Assembly (NCBI GenBank): GCA_045589295.1
Contig: JAZNOU010000002.1
Span: 96,140-160,139, forward strand
Source: Clostridia bacterium
GTDB taxonomy: Bacteria; Bacillota; Clostridia; RGIG6154
Length of the DNA: 64,000 nt
Reading direction: 5' to 3'
Within the stretch, counting starts at the first letter, position 1. Each line of letters opens with the position of its first letter. The notes below the pieces were generated by a model, which was given only the letters and a program-made list of their open reading frames with translations, was not told the DNA's origin and ran no database searches. Below are positions 32,583 to 42,537 of the stretch, one piece after another. A program made the translations under genes and the position numbers.

Positions 32583-34520
32583 ATGGCTATAAAATATCCA
32601 GTGATTCCCGAGTATATAACAGTTCATTTAGGACCACCAGATTCAAATGCAAAAAATGTCACGCTTTCGTTTGCTGATTATATAAAAAACGTAGCATCGG
32701 GCGAGATTTATCCTACATGGCCTGAAAGCTCTTTAAGAGCAAATATTTATGCTCAGATTTCCTATGCGCTTAACAGGGTATATTTAGAGTACTATCGTTC
32801 AAGAGGGTATGATTTTGACATAACATCTACAACGGCGCTTGATCAAAGCTTTGAAGAGGGAAGAAATATATTTGAAAACATTTCTGAAATAGTTGATGAT
32901 ATATTTAATTCTTATATAAAAAGAGAGCAAAATTTAGAACCGCTAGCTGCAAAATTTTGTAATGGCACAACAACAACGTGCGATGGCTTGTCACAATGGG
33001 GGTCAGTAGAACTTGCAAATCAGGGGCTTGGAGCTTATGATATCTTAACAAATTATTATGGAAGTGATATAGTGTTAGTTGAGGATGTTTCAGTAGAAGG
33101 GATAGCAGAATCTTATCCTGGAACGGCGTTAAGACTGGGTGATAGCGGGCCCGATGTGTTTGTAATACAAAGGTCGTTAAATGGCATTTCAAATAATTAT
33201 CCTGCAATCCCTAAAATAAATCCTGTAAATGGCGTGTTTGATGAAAATACTGAAAATGCGGTAAGGAAATTCCAAGAAATTTTTAAACTAACACAGGACG
33301 GAATTGTGGGTAGAGCAACGTGGTACAGATTAGTTGAACTTTTTGTAGGGATTAAAAGACTTTCAGAACTTGAAGCAGAGGGCATAAGACTTTCAGATTA
33401 TTTAAATGGGAATGGCAATGCGCAGAGTATAGCAAAAACTTCAAGTCGCATTAAACAAACGATACAAAATGATTTAACAATAGGAAGTACGGGGCAAGAG
33501 GTGTGGAATGTGCAGTACATACTTTCATTCTTGTCATACTTTTATCCTACAGCGCTTCCTACGAATGTGACAGGAGTTTATACCGAAGCAACTGCAAATT
33601 CGGTAAGAGCATTGCAAAAACAGTTTGATTTGCCTGAAACAGGTATAGTTGATCAGGCAACCTTAAATGAAATTTATAATGCCTACATTACTATAGCGCT
33701 TTATTTGAAAATAAGAGAACCGTTTGATAATGAAAAATTTTTGGCGCCTTTTTCCGGAAAGGTTTTGTCAAGAGGGGATACTGGTGATGATGTAAGAGAG
33801 ATACAAAGACATATAAACTATATTGCAAAATATCATGGTAGTGGTGTGGGAGAGGTTGAACAAACAGGTGTGTTTGGTCCACTCACAGCAAAAAGTATTT
33901 TTCAAATTCAGCAAAATGCTGGGATTACTGCGAGCGGGGCTGTAGAAAGTGCTACACACAGTGCTATTAGAAGTCAGAGCTATGATGCAATAAGCACTGT
34001 GAACTCAAAAGAAAGACAGTATCCGGGATTTAAGCTGAGTGAGGGCGATAGTGATGCTGCTCTTAGACAAAATAACAAGACTATTTCAACTCCTGTAGAA
34101 GATGTTCAACAAAAATTAAGGCGAATTTCGTCCGTTATGGAAATCCCGGTTGTTATTCCGAACGGAAGATTTGGAAGTGATACTACAGATGCTGTTATTG
34201 TTATTCAGAAAGAAGCGGAACTTGATCCAAATGGCGTGATTGATTATGATACGTGGGAATATATAGTGCTTTTGGATGATGATTTAATAAAAGAAAGCAA
34301 AGGATTTGATTGTGTTGTTCCTAATGCTAAAGATGTACAAAGTTTTGCCCAAATTATGGCAGACAGAATTTCTGATGAGTTTTCAAATGTAGGTGATGAA
34401 AGCTTTGAAGAGCAAATTAAAAAAATTCAGCAAGCTTTATCTTTAGAGCAAACGGGTATAGTGGATAAAAGAACATGGGATGGGATAGTGACTTTATATG
34501 AAAGTATTGACAGTAAGTAA
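32583..34520 (+). CDS. SleC-like spore cortex-lytic enzyme: catalytic domain plus about 5 PG-binding repeats
   Basis: IPEYITVHLG, YIKNVASGEIYPTWP, LNRVY, FDITS, CDGLSQWG; repeated LxxGxxGxxV...FQ...L..dGiV...TW. Confidence 0.85.
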   Translation: MAIKYPVIPEYITVHLGPPDSNAKNVTLSFADYIKNVASGEIYPTWPESSLRANIYAQISYALNRVYLEYYRSRGYDFDITSTTALDQSFEEGRNIFENISEIVDDIFNSYIKREQNLEPLAAKFCNGTTTTCDGLSQWGSVELANQGLGAYDILTNYYGSDIVLVEDVSVEGIAESYPGTALRLGDSGPDVFVIQRSLNGISNNYPAIPKINPVNGVFDENTENAVRKFQEIFKLTQDGIVGRATWYRLVELFVGIKRLSELEAEGIRLSDYLNGNGNAQSIAKTSSRIKQTIQNDLTIGSTGQEVWNVQYILSFLSYFYPTALPTNVTGVYTEATANSVRALQKQFDLPETGIVDQATLNEIYNAYITIALYLKIREPFDNEKFLAPFSGKVLSRGDTGDDVREIQRHINYIAKYHGSGVGEVEQTGVFGPLTAKSIFQIQQNAGITASGAVESATHSAIRSQSYDAISTVNSKERQYPGFKLSEGDSDAALRQNNKTISTPVEDVQQKLRRISSVMEIPVVIPNGRFGSDTTDAVIVIQKEAELDPNGVIDYDTWEYIVLLDDDLIKESKGFDCVVPNAKDVQSFAQIMADRISDEFSNVGDESFEEQIKKIQQALSLEQTGIVDKRTWDGIVTLYESIDSK

Positions 34521-34646
34521 GTGGTTAGTTTTGGCATTAATGTTGGTTGTTATAATTACAGCTGTTATGGTATTTTCACACGTGGAAAACAAGACACCGC
34601 GAGAGCAAAAAAAAATAGAAATAATTTTGCCTGAGGGAGGTAAGCG

Positions 34647-35492
34647 TTGAAGACGGTAAAATATATTGCACTTTTTTTAATGGCAATTTCTGTATTTTGC
34701 ATGGCGTTTGCTGTGTATGTTTTATATGTGAGGAAAGTCGAGCCAACGAGCGCAAATAAAATCGGCAAGGAACTTAACATTTTAATGTATCACAGCATTT
34801 TGGATAATTCAAAAAGGGTTGGAAATTATGTTATTACTCCCAGCATGTTTGAAGATGATTTAAAATATTTAAAAGAAAATGGATATACAACAATTACAAC
34901 AAAAGATTTGACAGATTATGTAGAAACAGGAAAAGAACTTCCAGAAAAAGCAGTTATTATAACCTTTGACGACGGATATTATAATAATTATTCGTATGCA
35001 TATCCGCTGCTTAAAAAGTATGATATGAAGGGCGTATTGTCGGTAATAGGGTATTATACTGAGCAATATTCAAAAGAAAGGTCGTTTAATAACAATTATT
35101 CACATGTTACATGGAAGATGATTAAGGATATGTCGGACAGCGGAGTGTTTGAAATACAAAACCACACATACAATTTGCATAACTTAAACAAAAGAAAGGG
35201 AGTGCTTAAACAAAAGAGTGAAACAGACGAAGAATATAAAAAAATGCTTGAAAATGATATAATTAAAAATCAAAAATTATTAAAAATTAATTGTGGAATT
35301 TCTCCCGTTGCGTTCACCCCGCCATTTGGTGCCATAAATGATGATGCTTTGGGAATTATAAGAGAATTAGGGTTTAAGGTAACTTATGGTTGCGAAGAAG
35401 GAACTAATTATATAACAAGAGATCCTGAGTGTCTTTTTGAATTAAAACGGTATAACAGAACTAAAAATTTTGATATATCAAGGATTTTGTAG
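34647..35492 (+). CDS. Membrane-anchored polysaccharide deacetylase (CE4)
   Basis: N-terminal TM helix, ILMYH, ITFDDGY, IQNHTY, PFG. Confidence 0.9.
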   Translation: MKTVKYIALFLMAISVFCMAFAVYVLYVRKVEPTSANKIGKELNILMYHSILDNSKRVGNYVITPSMFEDDLKYLKENGYTTITTKDLTDYVETGKELPEKAVIITFDDGYYNNYSYAYPLLKKYDMKGVLSVIGYYTEQYSKERSFNNNYSHVTWKMIKDMSDSGVFEIQNHTYNLHNLNKRKGVLKQKSETDEEYKKMLENDIIKNQKLLKINCGISPVAFTPPFGAINDDALGIIRELGFKVTYGCEEGTNYITRDPECLFELKRYNRTKNFDISRIL

Positions 35493-35559
35493 CACATTAT
35501 ATACGCTTTGAATAATATGTATTATATGCATTTAAGGGGCGTTGGGGGGACATTTAAAA

Positions 35560-36900
35560 GTGTGCGAATTTTGTGGGATAGTTTCGGCATTGAGGCCCGA
35601 AAGCTCTTACTGGCGAAAAATGTGCGAATATATCATAAAAGGAGGGAAGTCTTTTCAGGACAGTGGAATTACCGTTTCCTACAAATGTGATTTTTTTGAA
35701 AAAGAAGTAGCAGGCAAAAAATGTTTTGCAGTGTTATGGGGTAATATAAGCAATTATAACAGACTAAGACAAAGTATGCAGGTTAAAGGGGTAACTTTTG
35801 AAACAGAAAAGTGTGCAGAAATTGTACTTAGTACATATCTTGCGTTTGGTAAAAGTGTTTTAAAAAGCTTTAATGGTGAGTTTGCAGGGGTTATATGGGA
35901 CGGGTATGAAAAGGAGTTAATTTTATTTCGGGATAAAGTAGGGTTTAAAAGGCTTTTTTATTATTTTGATGGGCAAAGAATAGCATTTTCATCAAATATT
36001 AAGGAAATTTTTGAATTTCCCTTTGTAAAAAAGGAGCCATCATACGATATTTACTGTAAACTTTTCACTTGGTCGGGAAGTATTATTAATTCTGAAACTT
36101 TTTTTAATAATATTTATGAAATACAACCTTCGGGGTACCTTTCATATAAATCGGGGAAGTTAAAAGCTAAAAGTTATTATGTGTTTGATTTTGCAAGTTC
36201 TACCGATAGTTTTTGCCAGACTGTTAATGGCTTTGATTATTTTTTAAAGGATACAAATTTTAGGTTCGGGGATGAAAAATTAATATCAAAATCAACGCTT
36301 TATGAAAGAATTTGTAAATATATTTATCAAAACTGTATGCCATCGCCGTATTTGACTTTGACAGATTTATCCAATTCAGACAGTAAAGAAAAGATTTGCT
36401 CGGATATTAATTTGTTTACAATTCCTAAAAGATTTAAATTGCCCATAAAAGCATGTGAGGAGGGGGACAGGGAGTTGATAAATGATTTCTTGTCTGAAAT
36501 ACCTCTATTTGAGTATCGGGATGAAAAGGATATAAGCAGGAAAGAGGAATTATATATAAAAACTTCAGTGGTGCTTCCAAGTGTTATTGCTGCCAAGAGG
36601 TCAGTTAGCCCAAACATCGCTTTTCCCTATCTTGAAGAGAAGTGTTTGGCATATTCAATAAAAAGTGAAAGATACAGAGAAAGACTTTTGAAAAGCTATT
36701 TTTATCATCAAAAATACAAACCACTAAAAAATAATGTGAAAGGTCTTAAGTCACTTTTTTACGAAATGATTAAAAATGAGAGCTTTATGTTTGGAATGAT
36801 TTCCAAAGAAGAAATTTTAAAGTTTACACGCCTTTTTCCGCGACCTGAAACAATGCTATATTTAATTCAGGTAGATGTGTGGCTGAATACGTTTATGTAA
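35560..36900 (+). CDS. Degenerate asparagine synthase-like protein (Ntn amidotransferase domain, eroded synthetase domain)
   Basis: GTG start MCEFCGIV; GNISNY, FNGEFA...WD, RDKVGFKRLFY, FSSNIK; no SGGLDS motif. Confidence 0.65.
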   Translation: MCEFCGIVSALRPESSYWRKMCEYIIKGGKSFQDSGITVSYKCDFFEKEVAGKKCFAVLWGNISNYNRLRQSMQVKGVTFETEKCAEIVLSTYLAFGKSVLKSFNGEFAGVIWDGYEKELILFRDKVGFKRLFYYFDGQRIAFSSNIKEIFEFPFVKKEPSYDIYCKLFTWSGSIINSETFFNNIYEIQPSGYLSYKSGKLKAKSYYVFDFASSTDSFCQTVNGFDYFLKDTNFRFGDEKLISKSTLYERICKYIYQNCMPSPYLTLTDLSNSDSKEKICSDINLFTIPKRFKLPIKACEEGDRELINDFLSEIPLFEYRDEKDISRKEELYIKTSVVLPSVIAAKRSVSPNIAFPYLEEKCLAYSIKSERYRERLLKSYFYHQKYKPLKNNVKGLKSLFYEMIKNESFMFGMISKEEILKFTRLFPRPETMLYLIQVDVWLNTFM

Positions 36901-36930
36901 AAAAGCGCTATCTTTAAGATAGCGCTTTTA
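36900..36930. terminator. Bidirectional terminator
   Basis: AAAAGCGCTATCTT-t-AAGATAGCGCTTTT. Confidence 0.88.
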
Positions 36931-36943
36931 AAATTTTTGTTAA

Positions 36944-37831
36944 TTATTTTGCCATTGAAGCAACTTCAGCTGCAAAATCGTCTTCTTTCTTTTCAAGACC
37001 TTCGCCTTTTTCAAATCTTACATAGTCAATGAGTTTAACACCATTTGCTGCAAGATATTTTTCAACTGATACTTTATCGTCTTTAACGAATTTCTGCTGA
37101 AGGAGACAGTTTTCTTCAAAGAATTTGTTGATTTTACCTTCAACCATTTTTTCTAAAATATTTTCAGGTTTACCTGCCATTTTAGGATCTTCTTTAATCT
37201 GTGCTAAAATAATGTTCTTTTCTTTTTCAACATCTTCTGCTGGAACAACTGATTTATCCATATATAATGGGTTCATAGCAGCAATCTGCATAGCAGCATC
37301 TTTTGCAGCAGTAACTGCCTGAGCGTTTGAAAGGTCAGCTTCAACCTTTACCATAACACCGATTTTACCACCCATATGAATGTAGTCAACAACGTTTCCT
37401 TCAAAACGAGCAAATCTTCTTACATTCATATTTTCACCAATTTTAGCAATTTTTTCTGTTAAAATATCTTTAACAGTGCTACCATCGATTGTTGAAGCTA
37501 AAAGCGCATCAACGTCTGCAGGGTTTTCTTTAATAACCTGTTTAGCAAAGTCTTTAACCATATTAACAAATTCATCGTTTTTAGCAACAAAGTCAGTTTC
37601 TGAGTTAACTTCAACGATTGCGCCGACACTACCATCAACAACAATGTCAACTAAGCCTTCTGCAGCAATTCTTCCGCTCTTTTTAACAGCTTTAGCCATT
37701 CCTTTTTCACGAAGAATTTCGATAGCTTTGTCCATATCACCGTCAGCTTCGGTAAGAGCCTTTTTGCAGTCCATCATACCGCAGCCTGTTTTTTCTCTTA
37801 AATCTTTAACATCACTTGCTGTAAATGCCAT
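36944..37831 (-). CDS. tsf: Elongation factor Ts
   Basis: LREKTGCGMMDCKKAL, EVNSETDFV; start corrected to ATG 37831. Confidence 0.98.
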   Translation of the reverse strand: MAFTASDVKDLREKTGCGMMDCKKALTEADGDMDKAIEILREKGMAKAVKKSGRIAAEGLVDIVVDGSVGAIVEVNSETDFVAKNDEFVNMVKDFAKQVIKENPADVDALLASTIDGSTVKDILTEKIAKIGENMNVRRFARFEGNVVDYIHMGGKIGVMVKVEADLSNAQAVTAAKDAAMQIAAMNPLYMDKSVVPAEDVEKEKNIILAQIKEDPKMAGKPENILEKMVEGKINKFFEENCLLQQKFVKDDKVSVEKYLAANGVKLIDYVRFEKGEGLEKKEDDFAAEVASMAK

Positions 37832-37910
37832 AATAACATCTTCCTTTCGTATATTGATAAGCGGTCTTTCAATTCTGTTACCAAAAGACCGCCCCAAAGT
37901 TTAAATTAAA

Positions 37911-38642
37911 TTATTCCTGAACAGCAGCTTCTGCGTCATCTTCAGCAACGCTGTATGATTCGCCCTGTCTGCCTTCCAAAATTGCATTTGCGATTGTAGA
38001 AGCGATAAGTTTTACTGCTCTGATAGCGTCATCGTTACCAGGGATAGGATAATCAACTTCTTCAGGATCGCAGTTTGTGTCAACGATAGCAACAACCGGA
38101 ATGCCAAGCTTGTGAGCTTCAGCAATTGCGATTTTTTCTTTCTTAGGATCAACAACAAACATAGCAGCTGGAATTTCTTTCATATCTTTAATACCGCCAA
38201 GGTATTTTTCAAGTTTTTCAGCTTCGTTGTTGAGATTTGAAACTTCTTTCTTAGGGAGAAGGTCAAATACGCCGTCTTCTTCCATTTTCTTAAGCTGTTT
38301 TAATCTTTCGATTCTCTTTTTGATTGTACCAAAGTTTGTAAGCATACCGCCGAGCCATCTAGCGTTAACATAATACATGCCAACTCTTTCAGCTTCTTCT
38401 TTGATTGATTCCTGAGCCTGCTTTTTAGTACCAACAAAAAGTACTTCACCGCCATCTGCAGCGATGTCTCTTACAAAAGAGTAAGCTTCTTCAACTTTTT
38501 TTGCAGTCTTCTGCAAGTCAATGATATAAATACCATTTCTTTCAGCAAAGATATACTCTGCCATTTTTGGGTTCCATCTTCTTGTCTGGTGACCGAAGTG
38601 AACGCCTGCTTCTAACAATTGTTTCATAGAAATAACTGCCAT
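37911..38642 (-). CDS. rpsB: 30S ribosomal protein S2
   Basis: [30 protein letters not shown]; start corrected to ATG 38642. Confidence 0.99.
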   Translation of the reverse strand: MAVISMKQLLEAGVHFGHQTRRWNPKMAEYIFAERNGIYIIDLQKTAKKVEEAYSFVRDIAADGGEVLFVGTKKQAQESIKEEAERVGMYYVNARWLGGMLTNFGTIKKRIERLKQLKKMEEDGVFDLLPKKEVSNLNNEAEKLEKYLGGIKDMKEIPAAMFVVDPKKEKIAIAEAHKLGIPVVAIVDTNCDPEEVDYPIPGNDDAIRAVKLIASTIANAILEGRQGESYSVAEDDAEAAVQE

Positions 38643-38781
38643 TTTTACTACACCTCCGTGGTTTTTTCCTCCGCTTTTTTGTGTATTTCCGGAAGCCTTA
38701 TTCAAAGGACCACAACCGGCAAAAAAAGCGTGCGTATTTTTTCCGCCCAAATAGTATACCACAATTTGTAAGAAAGTGCAA
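38643..38781 (-). promoter_or_regulatory. rpsB promoter and S2 autoregulatory leader
   Basis: TTGCAC-N17-TATACT (38781-38753); about 100-nt leader with ACGCACGC...GCGGAGG..ACCACGGAGG; positional knowledge. Confidence 0.65.
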
Positions 38782-38803
38782 GCTTTTTTTGAAAAAATTT
38801 AAA

Positions 38804-38832
38804 AATGCGAAAACCAAATCGGTTTTCGCATT
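38804..38832 (-). terminator. Terminator of spoIIID-ATPase unit
   Basis: AATGCGAAAACC...GGTTTTCGCATT. Confidence 0.8.
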
Positions 38833-38836
38833 AAAT

Positions 38837-39820
38837 TCAACCTAAAAGGTAGGATGAGATTGACTGATAAGTTTTGTCCATTTTTTCAAAATCCATTGCA
38901 CTTATGTATATCTGTTCAATTTTTTTGTGATGTGTTTTTGCATCACTAAGGCTTTTAATTGCAAGGTTTAAAAGTTCTTTTATATGTTCGTTGTTATGAG
39001 AAGGAGTTTCAAAATGTATTGTTTCGTAAGTTCTGTCAAAGCTGTGAAATTCGTTTTTTGTTGTGAAACTTAAAGAAAGCTCTTTTATGACAAGATGTTC
39101 TGCCTTTTCGTTTGGAAACATGGGACAAAAGAAAAGTTCGGTGTCATAACCTGATATATTAGCAGAGAAATTAAGTTGTTTTAAAATGTCAGAAGTGTTT
39201 GGGCTTTCTTTGATACCTATTATGCGTCCCACTAAAATATCTTCAAGAAAATTTACGTTACCGTCGGGAGTTATGCCTGATGCGAAAAACTTTCTTGTTT
39301 TACCGACACTATCTTTGTGTGGAAAATTGAATTTACGGCATATATTTTTTATGTCATATAAATTTGAAGATTTGTTGGGATAAAGAGTCTGCGCCGCAGC
39401 TAAGTATCTGTAGCAGTTGTTAAAATTCTCCTTTTTTAAAGAAATGAGGTGCATTATTTCATCTTTGTGAGGAATAAGTAATTCTTCGTTCCAAAAGTCA
39501 GCAATGTTATAAATTTTGCCGGATATTCCAGGCATCAATGGGTCCTGGGTATGAGGTGACGTTGCATCTACAATTACCGCCCTTTTATCGGGTATTCTTA
39601 CTCCATCTAAAGAGTTTGGGTCGGATGAACAAAAAAATGCTTCTGTTTCAAAACCCAGGGTTTGGGCATCTTTCAAAATTTTTTTCATTAAAGTAGATTT
39701 GCCTGTGCCGCTTCCACCTTTTATAAACACGACTTTGTTGTCATCTTTTTCATCATAAACAGAGTCAAAGCGGCTGAAAAATCCTTGGGGAGTATTGGCA
39801 GCAGGGAAAAACTTACGCAT
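38837..39820 (-). CDS. P-loop ATPase of unknown function (PRK06851-like)
   Basis: FFPAANTPQGF, KGGSGTGKST, CSSDPNSLDG, DATSPH; internally duplicated second half. Confidence 0.75.
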   Translation of the reverse strand: MRKFFPAANTPQGFFSRFDSVYDEKDDNKVVFIKGGSGTGKSTLMKKILKDAQTLGFETEAFFCSSDPNSLDGVRIPDKRAVIVDATSPHTQDPLMPGISGKIYNIADFWNEELLIPHKDEIMHLISLKKENFNNCYRYLAAAQTLYPNKSSNLYDIKNICRKFNFPHKDSVGKTRKFFASGITPDGNVNFLEDILVGRIIGIKESPNTSDILKQLNFSANISGYDTELFFCPMFPNEKAEHLVIKELSLSFTTKNEFHSFDRTYETIHFETPSHNNEHIKELLNLAIKSLSDAKTHHKKIEQIYISAMDFEKMDKTYQSISSYLLG

Positions 39821-40079
39821 TTTTTACCTCCTTTTGTTTCAAATACTTGTTTTTGGTTGCAATTCCGCCCCTTAAGTGCCTTTCTGCCTTGTTGATTGCA
39901 AGAATCGGTTGAACGTCATAAAAAAGCGCACGGTTTATATAATAAAGCCGCTCCGTGACATCTTTATGTACAGTAGATTTAGAAACGCCGAAGTGTTTTG
40001 CTGCAGCGCGGACTGTTGCTTTTTTATCTATAATGTATTGAGCGATAGTAACGGTTCTTTCTTCGATATCCGAATTCAT
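39813..40079 (-). CDS. spoIIID: Sporulation transcriptional regulator SpoIIID
   Basis: IEER...ATVRAAAKHFGVSKSTVHKDVTERL...NKAERHLRGGIATK. Confidence 0.96.
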   Translation of the reverse strand: MNSDIEERTVTIAQYIIDKKATVRAAAKHFGVSKSTVHKDVTERLYYINRALFYDVQPILAINKAERHLRGGIATKNKYLKQKEVKNA

Positions 40080-40083
40080 AAAA

Positions 40084-40143
40084 AACGCCCCTTGCTTTTA
40101 TATATTCCTTTAAAATATATGAAAGCGAAGGGGAGTTAATTAC
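40084..40143 (-). promoter_or_regulatory. SigE-like promoter embedded in RBS-sequestering hairpin of spoIIID
   Basis: Minus strand GTAATTA-N15-CATATATT; long imperfect inverted repeat 40084-40137. Confidence 0.7.
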
Positions 40144-40189
40144 TGTATTTGTAAGGTTAAATTTTTCAAGTTCTTTTATACTCTTATAG

Positions 40190-41164
40190 CTAATATGCAG
40201 AATTGATTTCCTTTAATAATTTTTTAAGGTCCTCTATTACATTTTCGGGTGAGATGATTTTAGCTTTATTGCCAAAACTCATTACCCAAGCCAGGAACTG
40301 AGGGCTTACTGCTACGTTTACGTTGCAGGTAAAGTGGCTTTCGTCTGATTTTATTATTGAAATGTCAGTGCCGAATTTATCAAAAACTACACCTACGAGT
40401 GAGTTGTCAAATTCTATTTTAATTTTTGTTTCTTCACCGCCAAACATTGAAAATACTGATTTTGCGTATGCTGAAAGGTCAAAATCTTCAGGAGGCATAG
40501 TTCTTTTTTCTTCAGTTATGGTTATTGCATCCATTTTATCCACGCGGTAGTGAGTAAAGTGACCGTACTTTTCCTTGTATGTAATAAGGTAGTAATTTTC
40601 GTCATCCCAGGTGAGTGAAATGGGGGATTCAATATATTTTTCACCGTTTTTTCGGTATTCTTTCTCCTTGTTTATATTAAGGTTAAAATATTTAAATGAT
40701 ATTTGTCGGTCGTTTGCAATCGCATCGTAAATTTTGTCTACATTGTAGTATATTTGTTCATTGTATGCTTTTACTCTGTTAGTAACAACGACCTGTCGGT
40801 GGAGTTTTTTTGCATTTTCATGGCTTGTAAGTTTTTCTATTTTTGAAATAAGTTCCATGCTTTTTTTATGTGTAATAAATTTTGAAGACTGAACGCTGTC
40901 AACCAAAAGTTTAAGCTCAGGGAGTTCAAAATCTCTGCTGCCTATAAAATAGTCGTGGGTTTTAGTTTTTCTTGAACAGATGTCAAGACCAAAAAGGCGG
41001 AGTTGTTCTAAATCATCATACACACTTTTGCGTTCTGCTTTAATTCCATATCTTTCAAGCTCTGAAATTATTTGCGGTACAGTTAGTGTGTGGTCATCAT
41101 CTGTTTTTTCTAACAGAAGCTGAGCCATATATAAAAGTTTTAATTTTTGTCCTGAAGATTTCAT
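40190..41164 (-). CDS. WYL-domain transcriptional regulator (wHTH-WYL-WCX)
   Basis: ERKSVYDDL HTH, ELKLLVDSV, ESPISL...NYYL, YRVDKM, FLAWVMSFG...ISPE. Confidence 0.9.
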   Translation of the reverse strand: MKSSGQKLKLLYMAQLLLEKTDDDHTLTVPQIISELERYGIKAERKSVYDDLEQLRLFGLDICSRKTKTHDYFIGSRDFELPELKLLVDSVQSSKFITHKKSMELISKIEKLTSHENAKKLHRQVVVTNRVKAYNEQIYYNVDKIYDAIANDRQISFKYFNLNINKEKEYRKNGEKYIESPISLTWDDENYYLITYKEKYGHFTHYRVDKMDAITITEEKRTMPPEDFDLSAYAKSVFSMFGGEETKIKIEFDNSLVGVVFDKFGTDISIIKSDESHFTCNVNVAVSPQFLAWVMSFGNKAKIISPENVIEDLKKLLKEINSAY

Positions 41165-41182
41165 AATAACACCTCACAGTAT

Positions 41183-41221
41183 TGTCGAAATAAGTATATC
41201 ATTGTTTGAGTTTTTGTGCAA
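41183..41221 (-). promoter_or_regulatory. SigA promoter of WYL gene with Spo0A box at the start site
   Basis: TTGCAC-N17-TATACT; TGTCGAA at 41183-41189. Confidence 0.6.
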
Positions 41222-41238
41222 TATAAAAACTTGCGCAT

Positions 41239-42537
41239 TTAACGCAAGTTTTTAATGGACGGGCCATTTATAAGTGTTCCGTTTTTTTCAAATCTTGAAC
41301 CGTGGCAAGGACAATCCCATGAATGTTCGGTATGATTCCATTTAAGTGCGCATCCTAAGTGAGGGCATCTGGGAGCAGTTGGGGTTAAAAGATTTTTTGC
41401 TGATTCAAGTCCATTTACAAAAAGCTGTGGCTTTAATATGTTTCTGTCAGGTGCAAAAATTTCATGGTATTTACTTTTCTTTTCTGTTATCATATCACAC
41501 AGAATTTTTGCGGCAACCATGGATGATGTCATACCCCACTTATTAAACCCTGTTGCAACGTATAAATCGGGGGTGTTTTTAGAATAGTTTCCGATATAAG
41601 GGACATTGTCTAAACTCATACAGTCCTGAGTTGACCAGGTATATTTTAACTGGGCGGTAGGGTAATGCTTTTCTGTTAACCGTGTTATTGCCTGCCAGTT
41701 TTCACCATACTTACCAGTTCTGTGACTTCCACCGCCTAATATAAGCAGATTATTGTGAAAACTAAGTGATAAGCCTTTTAAATCCTCATCAACGTACATT
41801 CCTTTTAAATTAGGTGAATTTTCAAAAGCACTTACGTAGCTTCTGTGTTGGTATAACTTCAGAAAATAGCTTCCGTGCTTGTTTATAAAAGGAAAGTGGG
41901 TGGCAACAATTATTTTTTTTGCCGTGATTTTTGCCTTATCTGAAATTGCGCAATGTGATTTTATTTCGCGGATAAAAGTGTTTTCGTATATTTTTAAGTT
42001 TTTTGCGAGTTTCTTAATAAGTTCAAGAGGATTAAACTGTGCTTGATTTTTATAGCATATGCCACCTACCGTTTTAAAAGGAAGCTCGCTGCAATCTGAA
42101 AATTCTGCAGGAAATCCCAAAGATTGAACTGCCCTGATTTCGTCTTCTATTTTCCATCTGTTTAAAGTTGAATAAGTGTAAGAACTTTTAGTTTCAAATC
42201 CTGAGTTTATATCTGCACACAGTTTTTCGTATTGCAAAAGTGCATCCTTGTTGGCATTAAGGTACATAAGGGCTTTTTCTTTGCCGAAATCTTTTATAAG
42301 TTTACTGTAGATAAGCCCATGACCAAATGTGATTTTGGCAGTGGTGTTTTTGGTAGTGCCTGAGGCAATACGATTTGCTTCTGTTAAAACACAATCTACT
42401 CCTGCCTCAGACAAAAGGTGTGCACATAATATTCCGCAAAGACCTCCGCCGATAATCAAAACATCAGTTTTTATATCTTCTTTAAGTTCTTCAAATTTAG
42501 GTAAGTCAGTTATATCTGACCATAGTGATTTGTTCAT
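41239..42537 (-). CDS. FAD-dependent oxidoreductase with C-terminal Rieske domain (YhfW-like)
   Basis: IIGGGLCG, ATHFP, TGFNKWGMT, CPHLGC...WDCPCHGSRF. Confidence 0.9.
   Translation of the reverse strand: MNKSLWSDITDLPKFEELKEDIKTDVLIIGGGLCGILCAHLLSEAGVDCVLTEANRIASGTTKNTTAKITFGHGLIYSKLIKDFGKEKALMYLNANKDALLQYEKLCADINSGFETKSSYTYSTLNRWKIEDEIRAVQSLGFPAEFSDCSELPFKTVGGICYKNQAQFNPLELIKKLAKNLKIYENTFIREIKSHCAISDKAKITAKKIIVATHFPFINKHGSYFLKLYQHRSYVSAFENSPNLKGMYVDEDLKGLSLSFHNNLLILGGGSHRTGKYGENWQAITRLTEKHYPTAQLKYTWSTQDCMSLDNVPYIGNYSKNTPDLYVATGFNKWGMTSSMVAAKILCDMITEKKSKYHEIFAPDRNILKPQLFVNGLESAKNLLTPTAPRCPHLGCALKWNHTEHSWDCPCHGSRFEKNGTLINGPSIKNLR

Noticed and set aside
37832-38762. N-terminal extensions of Tsf and RpsB in the ORF track (likewise at 5246, 46932, 50242, 52205)
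   Set aside because: Upstream starts lack an RBS or fall in promoters/leaders; canonical starts have good SD sequences.
40190-41164. WYL gene as marker of an anti-phage defence island
   Set aside because: No nuclease, restriction-modification, CBASS, BREX or Cas genes adjacent.
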